In this document: positions 26,195-39,100 of the stretch, in pieces
Layout: every line of letters starts with the position of its first letter
How positions within the stretch are numbered: position 1 is the stretch's first letter
From: Eledone cirrhosa
Taxonomy: Eukaryota
Reading direction: 5' to 3'
NCBI GenBank assembly: GCA_964016885.1
Contig: OZ024744.1
Coordinates: 131,378,001-131,442,000, forward strand
DNA: 64,000 bases
Notes under the pieces: model-generated
What the model was told of the DNA's origin: nothing
The model's input: the letters and a program-made list of their open reading frames with translations, nothing else
The model's database searches: none
Position numbers and translations under genes: made by a program

Positions 26195-26581
26195 AACCCC
26201 AACTTCACTCAACCCCACCTTAACTCAACCCCAACTTAACTTAACCCCAACTTAACTTAACCCCAACTTAACTTAACCACAAATTAATTTAACCCCAACT
26301 TAACCCCAACTTGACTTAACCCCAACTTAACTGAACCCCAACTTAACTTAACTCCAACTTAACTTAAACCCAACTTAATTAAACCCAACTTAACTTATCC
26401 CCAACTTAACTTATCCCCAACTTAACTTAACCCCAACTTAACTTAACCCCAACTTAACTTAACCCCAACTTAACTTAACCCCAACTTAACTCACACCCAA
26501 CTTAACTTACCCCCAACTTAACTTAACCCCAACTTGACTTAACCCCAAATTAACTTAACCCCAACTTAACTTAACCCCAAA
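26195..26581 (-). repeat. Inverted block 11 (altered interior, 387 bp)
   Basis: Copy of block 7 at offset 10123. Confidence 0.96.
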
Positions 26582-28364
26582 TTCGGGGTTAAGTTAAGTT
26601 GGGGTTAAATTAAGTTAGGCTTAACTTAAGTTGGGGTTAAGTTAAATTGGGGGTAAGTTAAGTTCTGGGTAAGTTAAGTTGGGGTTAAGTTAAGTTGGGG
26701 TTAAGTTGGGGTTAAGTTAAGTTAGGGTTAAGTTGAGTTGGGGTTGAGTTAAGTTGGGGTTAAGTTAAGTTGGGGTTAAGTTAAGTTGGGGTCAAGTTAA
26801 GTTGGGGTTAAAATTAAGTTGGGGTTAAATCAAGTTGGGGTTAAGTTAAGTTGGGGTTAATTTAGTTAGGGTTAAGTTAAGTTGGGGCTAAGTTAAGTTG
26901 GGGCTAAGTTAAGTTGGGGCTAAGTTAAGTTGGGGTTAAGTTAAGTTGGGGTTAATTTAAATTGGGGTTAAGTTAACATTGTGGTTAAGTTAAGTTGGGG
27001 TTAAGTTAAGTTGGGGTTAAGTTAAGTTGGGGTTGAGTTAAGTTGGGGTTGAGTGAAGTTGGGGTTAAGTTAAGTTGGGGTTAAGTTAAGTTGGGGTTAA
27101 GTTAAGTTGGGGTCAAGTTAAGTTGGGGTTAAGTTAAGTTGGGGTTAAGATAAGTTGGTTAGTTAAGTTGAGTTTAATTTAAGTTGGGGTTAAGTTAAGT
27201 TGGGGTTAAGTTAAGTTGGGGTTAAGTTAATTTGGGGTTCAGTTAAGTTGGGGTTAAGTCAAGTTGGGGTTAAGTTGGGGTTAAATTAATCTGGGGTTAA
27301 GTTATTGTTGGGGTTAAGTTAAGTTGGGGTTAAGTTAAGTTGGGGTTAAGTTAAGTTGGGGTTAAGTTAATTTGGGGTTGAGTTAATTTGGGGTTAAGTT
27401 AAGTTGGGGTTAAGTTAAGTTGGGTTTAAGTTAAGTTGGGGTTAAATTAAGTTGGGGTTAAATTAAGTTGGGGTTAAGTTAAGTTGGGGGTAAGTTAAGT
27501 TGGGGGCAAGTTAAGTTGGGGTTAAGTTAAGTTGGGGTTAAATTAAGTTGGGGTTACGTTAAGTTGGTGTTAAGTTAAGTTGGGGTTAATTTAAGTTGGG
27601 GTTAATGAAGTTGGGGTTAAGTTAAGTTGGGGTTAAGTTAAGTTGGGGTTAATTTAAGTTGGGATTGAGTTAAGTTGGGGTTAAGTTAAGTTGGGGTTAT
27701 ATTAAGTTGAGGTTAAGTTAAGTTGGGGTTAAGTTAAGTTGGGGTTCTGTTAAGTTGCGGTTAAGTTAAGTTGGGGTTAAGTTAAGTTGGGGTTAAGTTA
27801 AGTTGGGGTTAAGTTAAGTTGGGGTCAAGTTAAGTTGGGGTTAAGTTAAGTTGGGATTAAGTTAAGTTGGGGTTAAGTTAAGTTGGGGTTAAGTTAAGTA
27901 GGGGTTAAGTTAAGTTGGGGTTAAGTTAAGTTGAGGTTAGGTTAAGTTGGGGTTAAATTAAGTTGGGGTTAATTTAAGTTGGGGTTAATTTAAGCTGGGG
28001 TTAAGTTAAGTTGGGGATAATTTAAGTTGGGGATAAGTTAAGTTGGGGTTAAGTTAAGTTGGGTTTAAGTTAAGTTGGGGTTAAGTTAAGTTGGGGTTAA
28101 GTTAAGTTGGGGTTAATTTAAGTTGGGGTTAAGTTACGTTGGAGTTAAGTTAAGTTGGGGTTAAGTTAAGTTGGGGTTCAGTTAAGTTGGGGTTAAATCA
28201 AGTTGGGGTTAAGTTGGGGTTAAATTAATTGGGGTCAAGTTAAGTTGGGGTTAAGTTAAGTTGGGGTTAAGTTAAGTTGGGGTTAAGTTAAGTTGGGGTT
28301 AAGTTAAGTTGGAGTTAAGTTAAGTTTGGGTTGAGTTAAGTTGGGGTTGAGTTAAATTGGGGTT

Positions 28365-28741
28365 AACTCCAACTTAAGTTAACCCCAACTTAACTTAACC
28401 CCAACTTCACTCAACCCCAACTTAACTTAACCCCAACTTCACTCAACCCCAACTTAACTCAACCCCAACTTAACTTAACCCCAACTTCACTCAACCCCAA
28501 CTTATCTTAACCCCAACTTCACTCAACCCCAACTAAACTCAACCCCAACTTAACTTAACCACAAATTAACTTAACCCCAACTTCAATTAACCCCAACTTA
28601 ACTTAACCCCAACTTAACTTAACCCCAACTTAACTTAACCCCAACTTAACTCACACCCAACTTACCTTACCCCCAACTTAACTTAACCCCAACTTGACTT
28701 AACCCCAACTTAACTTAACCCCAACTTAACTTCACCCCAAA
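28365..28741 (-). repeat. Inverted block 12 (type A, 377 bp, internally shortened)
   Basis: Left junction GTTAACTCC; lacks the CCCCGAC/CCTCGAC monomers and is 7 monomers shorter than block 1. Confidence 0.96.
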
Positions 28742-30396
28742 TTCGGGGTTAAGTTATGTTGGGGTTAAGTTAAGTTAGGCCTAACTTAAGTTGGAGTTAA
28801 GTTAAGTTGGGGGTAAGTTAAGTTGGGGGTAAGTTAAGTTGGGGTTAAGTTAAGTTGGGGTTAAGTTGGGGTTAAGTTAAGTTAGGGTTAAGTTAAGTTG
28901 GGGTTGATTTAAGTTGGGGTTAAGTTAAGTGGTGGTTATGTTAAGTTGGGGTGAAGTTAACTGGGGTTAATTTAAATTGGTGTTAAGTTAACTTTGTGGT
29001 TAAGTTAAGTTGGGGTTAAGTTAAGTTGGGGTTAAGTTAAGTTGGGGTTGAGTTAAGTTGGGGTTGAGTGAAGTTGGGGTTAAGTTAAGTTGGGGTTAAT
29101 TTAAGTTGGGGTTAAGTTAAATCGGAGTTAAGTTAAGTTGGGGTTGAGTTAAGTTGGCGTTAATTTAAGTTGGGGCTAAGTTAAGTTGGGGTTAAGTTAA
29201 GTTGAGGTTAAGTTAAGTTGGGGTTGAGTTAAGTTGGGGTTGAGTTAATTTGGGGTTAAGTTAAGTTGGGGTTAAGTTAAGTTGGGTTTAAGTTAAGTTG
29301 GGGTTAAATTAAGTTGGGGTTAAATTAAGTTGGGGTTAAGTTAAGTAGGGGGTAAGATAAGTTGGGGGCAAGTTAAGTTGGGGTTAAGTTAAGTTGGGGT
29401 TAAATTAAGTTGGGGTTAAGTTAAGTTGGGGTTATATTAAGTTGGGGTTAAGTTAAGTTGGGGTTAATTTAAGTTGGGGTTCAGTTAAGTTGCGGTTAAG
29501 TTAAGTTGGGGTTAAGTTAAGTTGGGGTTAAGTTAAGTTGGGGTCAAGTTAAGTTGGGGTTATGTTAAGTTGGGGTTTAGTTAAGTTGGTGTTCATTTAA
29601 GTTGGGGTTAAGTTAAGTTTGGGTTAAGTTGGGGTTAAATTAAGTTGGGGTTAAGTTAAGTTGGGGTTAAGTTAAGTTGGGGTTAAGTTAAGTTGGGGTT
29701 AATTTAAGTTGGGGTTAAGTTAAGTTGCGGGTAATTTAAGTTGGGGTTAAGTTAAGTTGGGGTTAAGTTAAGTTGGGGTTAAGTTAAGTTGGGGTCAAGT
29801 TAAGTTGGGGTTAAAATTAAGTTGGGGTTAAGTCAAGTTGGGGTTAAGTTAAGTTGGGGTTAATTTAGTTGGGGTTAAGTTAAGTTGGGGCTAAGTTAAG
29901 TTGGGGCTAAGTTAAGTTGGGGCTAAGTTAAGTTGGGGTTAAGTTAAGTTGGGGTTAAGTTAAGGTGGGGTTAATTTAAGTTGGGGTCAACTTAAATTGG
30001 GGTTAAGTTAAGTTGGGTTTAAGTTAAGTTGGGGTTAAGTTAAGTGGGGGTTAAGTTAAGTTGGGGTTAATTTAAGTTGGTGTTAAGTTAAGTTGCGGTT
30101 AAGTTAAGTTGGGGTTAAGTTAAGTTGGTTAGTTAAGTTGAGTTTAAGTTAAGTTGGGGTTAATTTAAGTTGGGGTTAAGTTAAGTTGGGGTTAAGTTAA
30201 GTTGGGGTTAAGTTAAGTTGGGGTTAAGTTAATTTGGGGTTCAGTTAAGTTGGGGTTAAGTCAAGTTGGGGTTAAGTTGGGGTTAAATTAATTTGGGGTT
30301 AAGTTAAGTTGGGGTTAAGTTAAGTTGGGGTTAAGTTAAGTTGGGGTTAAGTTAAGTTGGGGTTAAGTTAATTTGTGGTTAAGTTAAGTTGGGGTT

Positions 30397-30821
30397 AACC
30401 CCACCTTCACTCAACCCCACCTTAATTCAACCCCAACTTAACTTAACCCCAACTTCACTCAACCCCAACTTAACTTAACCCCAACTTCACTCAACCCCAA
30501 CTTAACTCAACCCCAACTTAACTTAACCCCAACTTAACTTAACGCTAACTTAACTGAACCCCGACTTAACTTAACTTCGACTTAACTTAACCCCAACTTA
30601 AATTAACCCCAACTTAACTTAACCCCAACTTAACTTAACCACAAATTAACTTAACCCCAACTTAAATTAACCCCAACTTAAATTAACCCCAACTTAACTT
30701 AACCCCAACTTAACTTAACCCCAACTTAACTCACACCCAACTTAACTTACCCCCAACTTAACTTAACCCCAACTTGACTTAACCCCAACTTAACTTAACC
30801 CCAACTTAACTTAACCCCAAA
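30397..30821 (-). repeat. Inverted block 13 (type B, 425 bp)
   Basis: Left junction GGGGTTAACCCC; right junction CCCCAAATTCGGGG. Confidence 0.97.
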
Positions 30822-33800
30822 TTCGGGGTTAAGTTAAGTTGGGGTTAAGTTAAGTTAGGCTTAACTTAAGTTGGGGTTAAGTTAAGTTGGGGGTAAGTTA
30901 AGTTCTGGGTAAGTTAAGTTGGGGTTAAGTTAAGTTGGGGTTAAGTTGGGGTTAAGTTAAGTTAGGGTTAAGTTAAGTTGGGGTTGAGTTAAGTTGGGGT
31001 TAAGTTAAGTTGGGGTTAAGTTAAGTTGGGGTAAAGTTAAGTTGGGTTTAAGTTAAGTTGGGGTTAAATTAAGTTGGGGTTAAATTAAGTTGGGGTTAAG
31101 TTAAGTTGGGGTTAAGTTAAGTTGGGGTTAAATTAAGTTGGGGTTACGTTAAGTTGTTGTTAAGTTAAGTTGGGGTTAATTTAAGTTGGGGTTAATTAAG
31201 TTAGGGTTCAGTTAAGTTGGGGTTAAGTTAAGTTGGGGTTAATTTAAGTTGGGGTTGAGTTAAGTTAGTGTTAAGTTAATTTGGGGTTATATTAAGTTGG
31301 GGTTAAGTTAAGGTGGGGTTAAGTTAAGTTGGGGTTCAGTTAAGTTGCGGTTAAGTTAAGTTGGGGTTAAGTTAAGTTGGGGTTAAGTTAAGTTGGGGTT
31401 AAGTTAAGTTGGGGTCAAGTTAAGTTGGGGTTAAGTTAAGTTGGGGTTAAGTTAAGTTGGTTAGTTAAGTTGAGTTTAAGTTAAGTTGGGGTTAATTTAA
31501 GTTGGGGTTAAGTTAAGTTGGTGTTAAGTTAAGTTGGGGCTAAGTTAAGTTGGGGCTGAGTTAAGTTGGGGTTAAGTTAAGTTGGGGTTGAGTTAAGTTG
31601 GGGTTAAGTTAAGTTGGGGTTAAGTTAAGTTGGGGTTTAGTTAAGTTGGGGTTCAGTTAAGTTGGGGTTAAGTTAAGTTGGGGTTAAGATGGGGTTAAAT
31701 TAAGTTGGGGTTAAGTTAAGTTGGGGTTAAGTTAAGTTGGGGTTAAGTTAAGTTGGGGTTCAGTTAAGTCGGGGTTAAGTTAAGTCGGGGTTAAGTTAAG
31801 TTAGGGTTAAGTTAAGTTGGAGTTAAGTTAAGTTCTGGGTAAGTTAAGTTGGGGTTAAGTTAAGTTGGGGTTAAGATGGGGTTAAATTAAGTTGGGGTTA
31901 AGTTAAGTTGGGGTTAAGTTAAGTTGGGGTTAAGTTAAGTTGGGGTTAAGTTAAGTCGGGGTTAAGTTAAGTCGGGGTTAAGTTAAGTTGGGGTTAAGTT
32001 AAGTTGGGGTTAAGTTAAGTTAGGCTTAACTTAAGTTGGGCTTAAGTTAAGTTGGGGGTAAGTTAAGTTCTGGGTAAGTTAATTTGGGGTTAAGTTAAGT
32101 TGGGGTTAAGTTGGGGTTAAGTTAAGTTAGGGTTAAGTTAAGTTGGGGTTGAGTTAAGTTGGGGTTAAGTTAAGTTGGGGTTAAGTTAAGTTGGGGTCAA
32201 GTTAAGTTGGGGTTAAAATTAAGTTGGGGTTAAGTCAAGTTGGGGTTAAGTTAAGTTGGGGTTAATTTAGTTGGGGTTAAGTTAAGTTGGGGCTAAGATA
32301 AGTTGGGGCTAAGTTAAGTTGGGGCTAAGTTAAGTTGGGGTTAAGTTAAGTTAGGGTTAAGTTAAGTTGGGGTTAATTTAAATTGGGGTTAAGTTAACTT
32401 TGTGGTTAAGTTAAGTTGGGGTTAAGTTAAGTTGGGGTTAAGTTAAGTTGGGGTTGAGTTAAGTTGGGGTTGAGTGAAGTTGGGGTTAAGTTACGTTGGG
32501 GTTAAGTTAAGATGGCGTTAAGTTAAGTTGGGGTTGAGTTAAGTTGGGGTTGAGTTAATTTAGGGTTAAGTTATGTTGGGGTAAAGTTAAGTTGGGTTTA
32601 AGTTAAGTTGGGGTTAAATCAAGTTGGGGTTAAGTTAAGTTGGTGTTAATTTAGTTGGGGTTAAGTTAAGTTGGGGCTAAGTTAAGTTGGGGCTAAGTTA
32701 AGTTGGGGTTAAGTTAAGTTGGGGTTAAGTTAAGGTGGGGTTAATTTAAGTTGGGGTCAACTTAAATTGGGGTTAAGTTAAGTTGGGGTTAAGTTAAGTT
32801 GGGGTTAAGTTAAGTTGGGGTTAAGTTAAGTTGGTGTTAAGTTAAGTTGGGGCTAAGTTAAGTTGGGGCTGAGTTAAGTTGGGACTGAGTTAAGTTGGGG
32901 TTAAGTTAAGTTGGGGTTGAGTTAAGTTGGGGTTAAGTTAAGTTGGGGTTAAGTTAAGTTGGGGTTAAGTTAAGTTGGGTTTAAGTTAAGTTGGGGTTGA
33001 GTTAAGTTGGGGTTAAGTTAAGTTGGGGTTCAGTTAAGTTGGGGTTAAGTTAAGTTGGGGTTGAGATGGGGTTAAATTAAGTTGGGGTTAAGTTAAGTTG
33101 GGGTTAAGTTAAGTTGGGGTTAAGTTAAGTTGGGGTTAAGTTAAGTCGGGGTTAAGTTAAGTCGGGGTTAAGTTAAGTTAGGGTTAAGTTAAGTTGGAGT
33201 TAAGTTAAGTTGGGGTTGAGTTAAGTTGGGGTTGAGTTAAGTTGGTGTTGAGTTAAGTTGGGGTTAAGTTAAGTTTGGGTTAAGTTATGTAGGGGTTAAG
33301 TTAAGTTGGGGTTAAGTTAAGTTGGGGCTAAGATAAGTTGGGGCTAAGTTAAGTTGGGGCTAAGTTAAGTTGGTGTTCAGTTAAGTTGGGGTTAAGTTAA
33401 GTTTGGGTTAAGTTGGGGTTAAATTAAGTTGGGGTTAAGTTAAGTTGGGGTTTAGTTAAGTTGGGGTTAATTTAAGTTGGGGTTAATTTAAGTTGCAGTT
33501 AAGTTAAGTTGGGGTTAAGTTAAGTGGTGGTTATGTTAAGTTGGGGTTAAGTTAAGTTGGGGTTAATTTAAATTGGGGTTAAGTTAACTTTGTGGTTAAG
33601 TTAAGTTGGGGTTAAGTTAAGTTGGGGTAAAGTTAAGTTGGGGTTGCGTTAAGTTGGGGTTGAGTGAAGTTGGGGTTAAGTTAAGTTGGGGTTAATTTAA
33701 GTTGGGGTTAAGTTAAGTCGGGCTTAAGTTAAGTTGGGGTTGAGTTAAGTTGGGGTTAATTTAAGTTGGGGCTAAGTTAATTTGTGGTTAAGTTAAGTTG

Positions 33801-34770
33801 GGGTTAAGTTAAGTTGGGGTTAAGTTAAGTTGGGGTTGAGTTAAGTTGGGGTTGAGTTAATTTAGGGTTAAGTTAAGTTGGGGTTAAGGTAAGTTGGGGT
33901 TAAGTTAAGTTGGGGTTAAATTAAGTTGGGGTTAAATTAAGTTGGGGTTAAGTTAAGTTGGGGGTAAGTTAAGTTGGGGGCAAGTTAAGTTGGGGTTAAG
34001 TTAAGTTGGGGTTAAATTAAGTTGGGGTTAAGTTTAGTTGGTGTTAAGTTAAGTTGGGGTTTATTTAAGTTGGGGTTAATTAAGTTGGGGCTGAGTTAAG
34101 TTGGGGCTGAATTAAGTTGGGGTTAAGTTAAGTTGGGGTTGAGTTAAGTTGGGGTTAAGTTAAGTTGGGGTTAAGTTAAGTTGGGGTTAAGTTAAGTTGG
34201 GGTTTAGTTAAGTTGGGGTTCAGTTAAGTTGGGGTTAAGTTGGGGTTAAATTAATTTGGGGTTAAGTTAAGTTGGGGTTTAGTTTAGTTGGGGTTAAATT
34301 AAGTTGGGGTTAATTTAAGTTGGTGTTAAGTTAAGTTGCGGGTAATTTAAGTTGGGGTCAAGTTAAGTTGGGGTTAAGTTAAGTTGGGGTTAAGTTAAGT
34401 TGGGGTTAAGTTAAGTTGGGGGTAAGTTAAGTTGGGGGTAAGTTAAGTTGGGGGTAAGTTAAGTTGGGGTTAAGTTATGTTGGGGTTAAGTTAAGTTAGG
34501 GTTAAGTTAAGTTGGGGTTGAGTTAAGTTGGGGTTAAGTTAAGTTGGGGTTATGTTAAGTTGGGGTTAAGTTAAGTTGGGGTTAAGTTAAGTTGGGGTTA
34601 AGTTAAGTTGGGGTTCAGTTAAGTTGGGGTTAAGTCAAGTTGGGGTTAAGTTGGGGTTAAATTAATTTGGGGTTAAGTTAAGTTGGGGTTAAGTTAAGTT
34701 GGGGTTATGTTAAGTTGGGGTTAAGTTAAGTTGGGGTTAAGTTAATTCGTGGTTAAGTTAAGTTGTGGTT

Positions 34771-35194
34771 AACCCCAACTTCACTCAACCCCACCTTAAC
34801 TCAACCCCAACTTAACTTAACCCCAACTTCACTCAACCCCAACTTAACTTAACCCCAACTTCACTCAACCCCAACTTAACTCAACCCCAACTTAACTTAA
34901 CCCCAACTTAACTTAACCCTAACTTAACTTAACCCGACTTAACTTAACTTCGACTTAACTTAACCCCAACTTAACTTAACCCCAACTTAACTTAACCCCA
35001 ACTTAACTTAACCACAAATTAACTTAACCCCAACTTAAATTAACCCCAACTTAAATTAACCCCAACTTAACTTAACCCCAACTTAACTTAACCCCAACTT
35101 AACTCACACCCAACTTAACTTACCCCCAACTTAACTTAACCCCAACATGACTTAACACCAAATTAACTTAACCCCAACTTAACTTAACCCCAAA
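34771..35194 (-). repeat. Inverted block 14 (type B, 424 bp)
   Basis: Type B junctions; carries the 1-bp deletion AACCCGAC and the AACACCAAATT variant. Confidence 0.96.
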
Positions 35195-36139
35195 TTCGGG
35201 GTTAAGTTAAATTAGGCTTAACTTAAGTTGGGGTTAAGTTAAATTGGGGGTAAGTTAAGTTCTGGGTAAGTTAAGTTGGGGTTAAGTTAAGTTGGTTTAA
35301 GTTGGGGTTAAGTTAAGTTAGGGTTAAGTTAAGTTGGGGTTGAGTTAAGTTGGTGTTAAGTTAAGTTGGGGTTAATTTAAGTTGGGGCTAAGTTAAGTTG
35401 GGGCTAAGTTAAGTTGGGGCTAAGTTAAGTTGGGGTTCAGTTAAGTTGGGGTTAAGTTAAGTTGGGGTTAAGTTAAGTTGGGGTCAAGTTAAGTTGGGGT
35501 TAAAATTAAGTTGGGGTTAAATCAAGTTGGGGTTAAGTTAAGTTGGGGTTAATTTAAATTGGGGTTAAGTTAACTTTGTGGTTAAGTTAAGTTGGGGTTA
35601 AGTTAAGTTGGGGTTAAGTTAAGTTGGGGTTGAGTTACGTTGGGGTTGAGTGAAGTTGGGGTTAAGTTAAGTTGGGGTTAAGTTGGCGTTAAGTTAAGTT
35701 GGGGTTGAATTAAGTTGGGGTTGAGTTAATTTAGGGTTAAGTTAAGTTGGGGTTAAGTTAAGTTGGGTTTAAGTTAGGTTGGGGTTAAATTAAGTAGGGG
35801 TTAAATTAAGTTGGGGTTAAGTTAAGTTGGGGGTAAGTTAAGTTGGTGTTAAGTTAAGTTGGGGTTAAGTTAAGTTGGGGTTAAGTTAAGTTGGGGTCAA
35901 GTTAAGTTGGGGTTAAAATTAAGTTGGGGTTAAGTGAAGTTGGGGTTAAGTTAAGTTTCAGTTAATTTAGTTGGGGTTAAGTTAAGTTGGGGCTAAGTTA
36001 AGTTGGGGCTAAGTTAAGTTGGGGCTGAGTTAAGTTGGGGTTAAGTTAAGTTGGGGTTAATTAAGGTGGGGTTAATTTAAGTTGGGGTTAAGTTAAGTTG
36101 GTGTTAAGTTAAGTTGGGGCTAAGTTAATTTGGGGCTGA

Positions 36140-39100
36140 GTTAAGTTGGGGCTGAGTTAAGTTGGGGTAAATTTAAGTTGGGGTTGGGTTAAGTTGGGGT
36201 TAAGTTAAGTTGGGGTTAAGTTAAGTTGGGGTTAAGTTAAGTTGGGGTTGAGTTAAGTTGGGGTTAAGTTAAGTTGGGGTTAAGTTAAGTTGGGGTTCAG
36301 TTAAGTTGGGGTTAAGTTAAGTTGGGGTTAGGATGGGGTTAAATTAAGTTGGGGTTAAGTTAAGTTGGGGTTAAGTTAAGTTGGGGTTAAGTTAAGTTGG
36401 GGTTAAGTTAAGTCGGGGTTAAGTTAAGTCGTGGTTAAGTTAAGTTAGGGTTAAGTTAAGTTGGAGTTAAGTTAAGTTGGGGTTGAGTTAAGTTGGGGTT
36501 GAGTTAAATTGGGGTGGAGTTAAGTTGGGGTTGAGTTAAGTTGGTGTTGAGTTAAGTTGGGATTAATTTAAGTTGGGGTTAAGTTAAGTTGCAGTTAAGT
36601 TAAGTTGAGGTTAAGTTAAGTTGGGGTTAAGTTAAGTTGGGGTTAAGTTAAGTTGGGGCTACGTTAAGTTGGGGCTAAGTTAAGTTGGGGCTCAGTTAAG
36701 TTGGGGTTCAGTTAAGTTGGGGTTAAGTTAAGTTTGGGTTAAGTTGGGGTTAAATTAAGTTGGGGTTAAGTTAAGTTGGGGTTTAGTTAAGTTGGGGTTA
36801 AGTTAAGTTGGGGTTAATTTAAGTTGGGGTTAAGTTAAGTTGGGGTTAAGTTGGCGTTAAGTTAAGTTGGGGTTGAATTAAGTTGGGGTTGAGTTAATTT
36901 AGGGTTAAGTTAAGTTGGGGTTAAGTTAAGTTGGGTTTAAGTTAAGTTGGGGTTAAATTAAGTTGGGGTTAAATTAAGTTGGGGTTAAGTTAAGTTGGGG
37001 GTAAGTTAAGTTGGTGTTAAGTTAAGTTGGGGTTAAGTTAAGTTGGGGTTAAGTTAAGTTGGGGTCAAGTTAAGTTGGTGTTAAGTTAAGTTGGGGTTAA
37101 GTTAAGTTGGGGCTCAGTTAAGTTGGGGCTAAGTTAAGTTGGGGCTAATTTAAGTTGGGGTTAAGTTAAGTTGGGGTTAAGTTAAGGTGGGGTTAATTTA
37201 AGTTGGGGTCAACTTAAATTGGGGTTAAGTTAAGTTGGGGTTAAGTTAAGTTGGGGTTAAGTTAAGTTGGGGTTAAGTTAAGTTGGGGTTGAGTTAAGTT
37301 GGGGTTAAGTTAAGTTGGGGGTAAGTTAAGTTGGGGGCAAGTTAAGTTGGGGTTAAGTTAAGTTGGGGTTAAATTAAGTTGGGGTTAAGTTTAGTTGGTG
37401 TTAAGTTAAGTTGGGGTTTATTTAAGTTGGGGTTAATTAAGTTGGGGCTGAGTTAAGTTGGGGCTGAATTAAGTTGGGGTTAAGTTAAGTTGGGGTTGAG
37501 TTAAGTTGCGGTTAAGTTAAGTTGGGGTTAAGTTAAGTTGGGGTTAAGTTAAGTTGGGGTTGAGTTAAGTTGGGGTTAAGTTAAGTTGGGGTTCAGTTAA
37601 GTTGGTGTTAAGTTAAGTTGGGGTTAAGATGGGGTTAAATTAAGTTGGGGTTAAGTTAAGTTGGGGTTAAGTTAAGTTGGGGTTAAGTTAAGTTGGGGTT
37701 AAGTTAAGTCGGGGTTAAGTTAAGTCGGGGTTAAGTTAAGTTAGGGTTAAGTTAAGTTGGAGTTAAGTTAAGTTGGGGTCAAGTTAAGTTGGGGTTAAGT
37801 TAAGTTGGGGTTAAGTTAAGTTGGGGTTAAGTTAAGTTGGGGGTAAGTTAAGTTGGGGGTAAGTTAAGTTGGGGGTAAGTTAAGTTGGGGTTAAGTTAAG
37901 TTGGGGTTAAGTTAAGTTAGGGTTAAGTTAAGTTGGGGTTGAGTTAAGTTGGGGTTAAGTTAAGTTGGGGTTATGTTAAGTTGGGGTTAAGTTAAGTTGG
38001 TTCGTTAAGTTGAGTTTAAGTTAAGTTGGGGTTAATTTAAGTTGGGGTTAAGTTAAGTTGGGGTTAAGTTAAGTTGGGGTTAAGTTAAGTTGGGGTTCAG
38101 TTAAGTTGGGGTTAAGTCAAGTTGGGGTTAAGTTGGGGTTAAATTAATTTGGGGTTAAGTTAAGTTGGGGTTAAGTTAAGTTGGGGTTATATTAAGTTGG
38201 GGTTAAGTTAAGTTGGGGTTAAGTTAATTTGTTGTTAAGTTAAGTTGTGGTTAACCCCAACTTCACTCAACCCCACCTTAACTCAACCCCAACTTAACTT
38301 AACCCCAACTTCACTCAACCCCAACTTAACTTAACCCCAACTTCACTCAACCCCAATTTAACTCAACCCCAACTTAACTTAACCCCAACTTAACTTAACC
38401 CTAACTTAACTTAACCCGACTTAACTTAACTTCGACTTAACTTAACCCCAACTTAACTTAACCCCAACTTAACTTAACCCCAACTTAACTTAACCACAAA
38501 TTAACTTAACCCCAACTTAAATTAACCCCAACTTAAATTAACCCCAACTTAACTTAACCCCAACTTAACTTAACCCCAACTTAACTCACACCCAACTTAA
38601 CTTACCCCCAACTTAACTTAACCCCAACTTGACTTAACACCAAATTAACTTAACCCCAACTTAACTTAACCCCAAATTCGGGGTTAAGTTAAGTTAGGCT
38701 TAACTTAAGTTTGGGTTAAGTTAAATTGGGGGTAAGTTAAGTTCTGGGTAAGTTAAGTTGGGGTTAAGTTAAGTTGGGGTTAAGTTGGGGTTAAGTTAAG
38801 TTAGGGTTAAGTTAAGTTAGGGTTAAGTTAAGTTGGGGTTGAGTTAAGTTGGTGTTAAGTTAAGTTGGGGTTAAGTTAAGTTGGGGCTAAGTTAAGTTGG
38901 GGCTAAGTTAAGTTGGGGCTAAGTTAAGTTGGGGTTCAGTTAAGTTGGGGTTAAGTTAAGTTGGGGTTAAGTTAAGTTGGGTTTAAGTTAAGTTGGGTTT
39001 AAGTTATGTTGGGGTTGAGTTAAGTTGGGGTTAAGTTAAGTTGGGGTTCAGTTAAGTTGGGGTTAAGTTAAGTTGGGGTTAAGATGGGGTTAAATTAAGT

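Larger units (their letters stand above)
11983..27939 (+). repeat. About 5.8-kb segment duplicated at offset 10123 (11983-17816 / 22106-27939)
   Basis: CGTTT 12021/22144, blocks 6/10 and 7/11, TAACATT 16851/26974 and GTTCTGTT 17621/27744. Confidence 0.88.
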
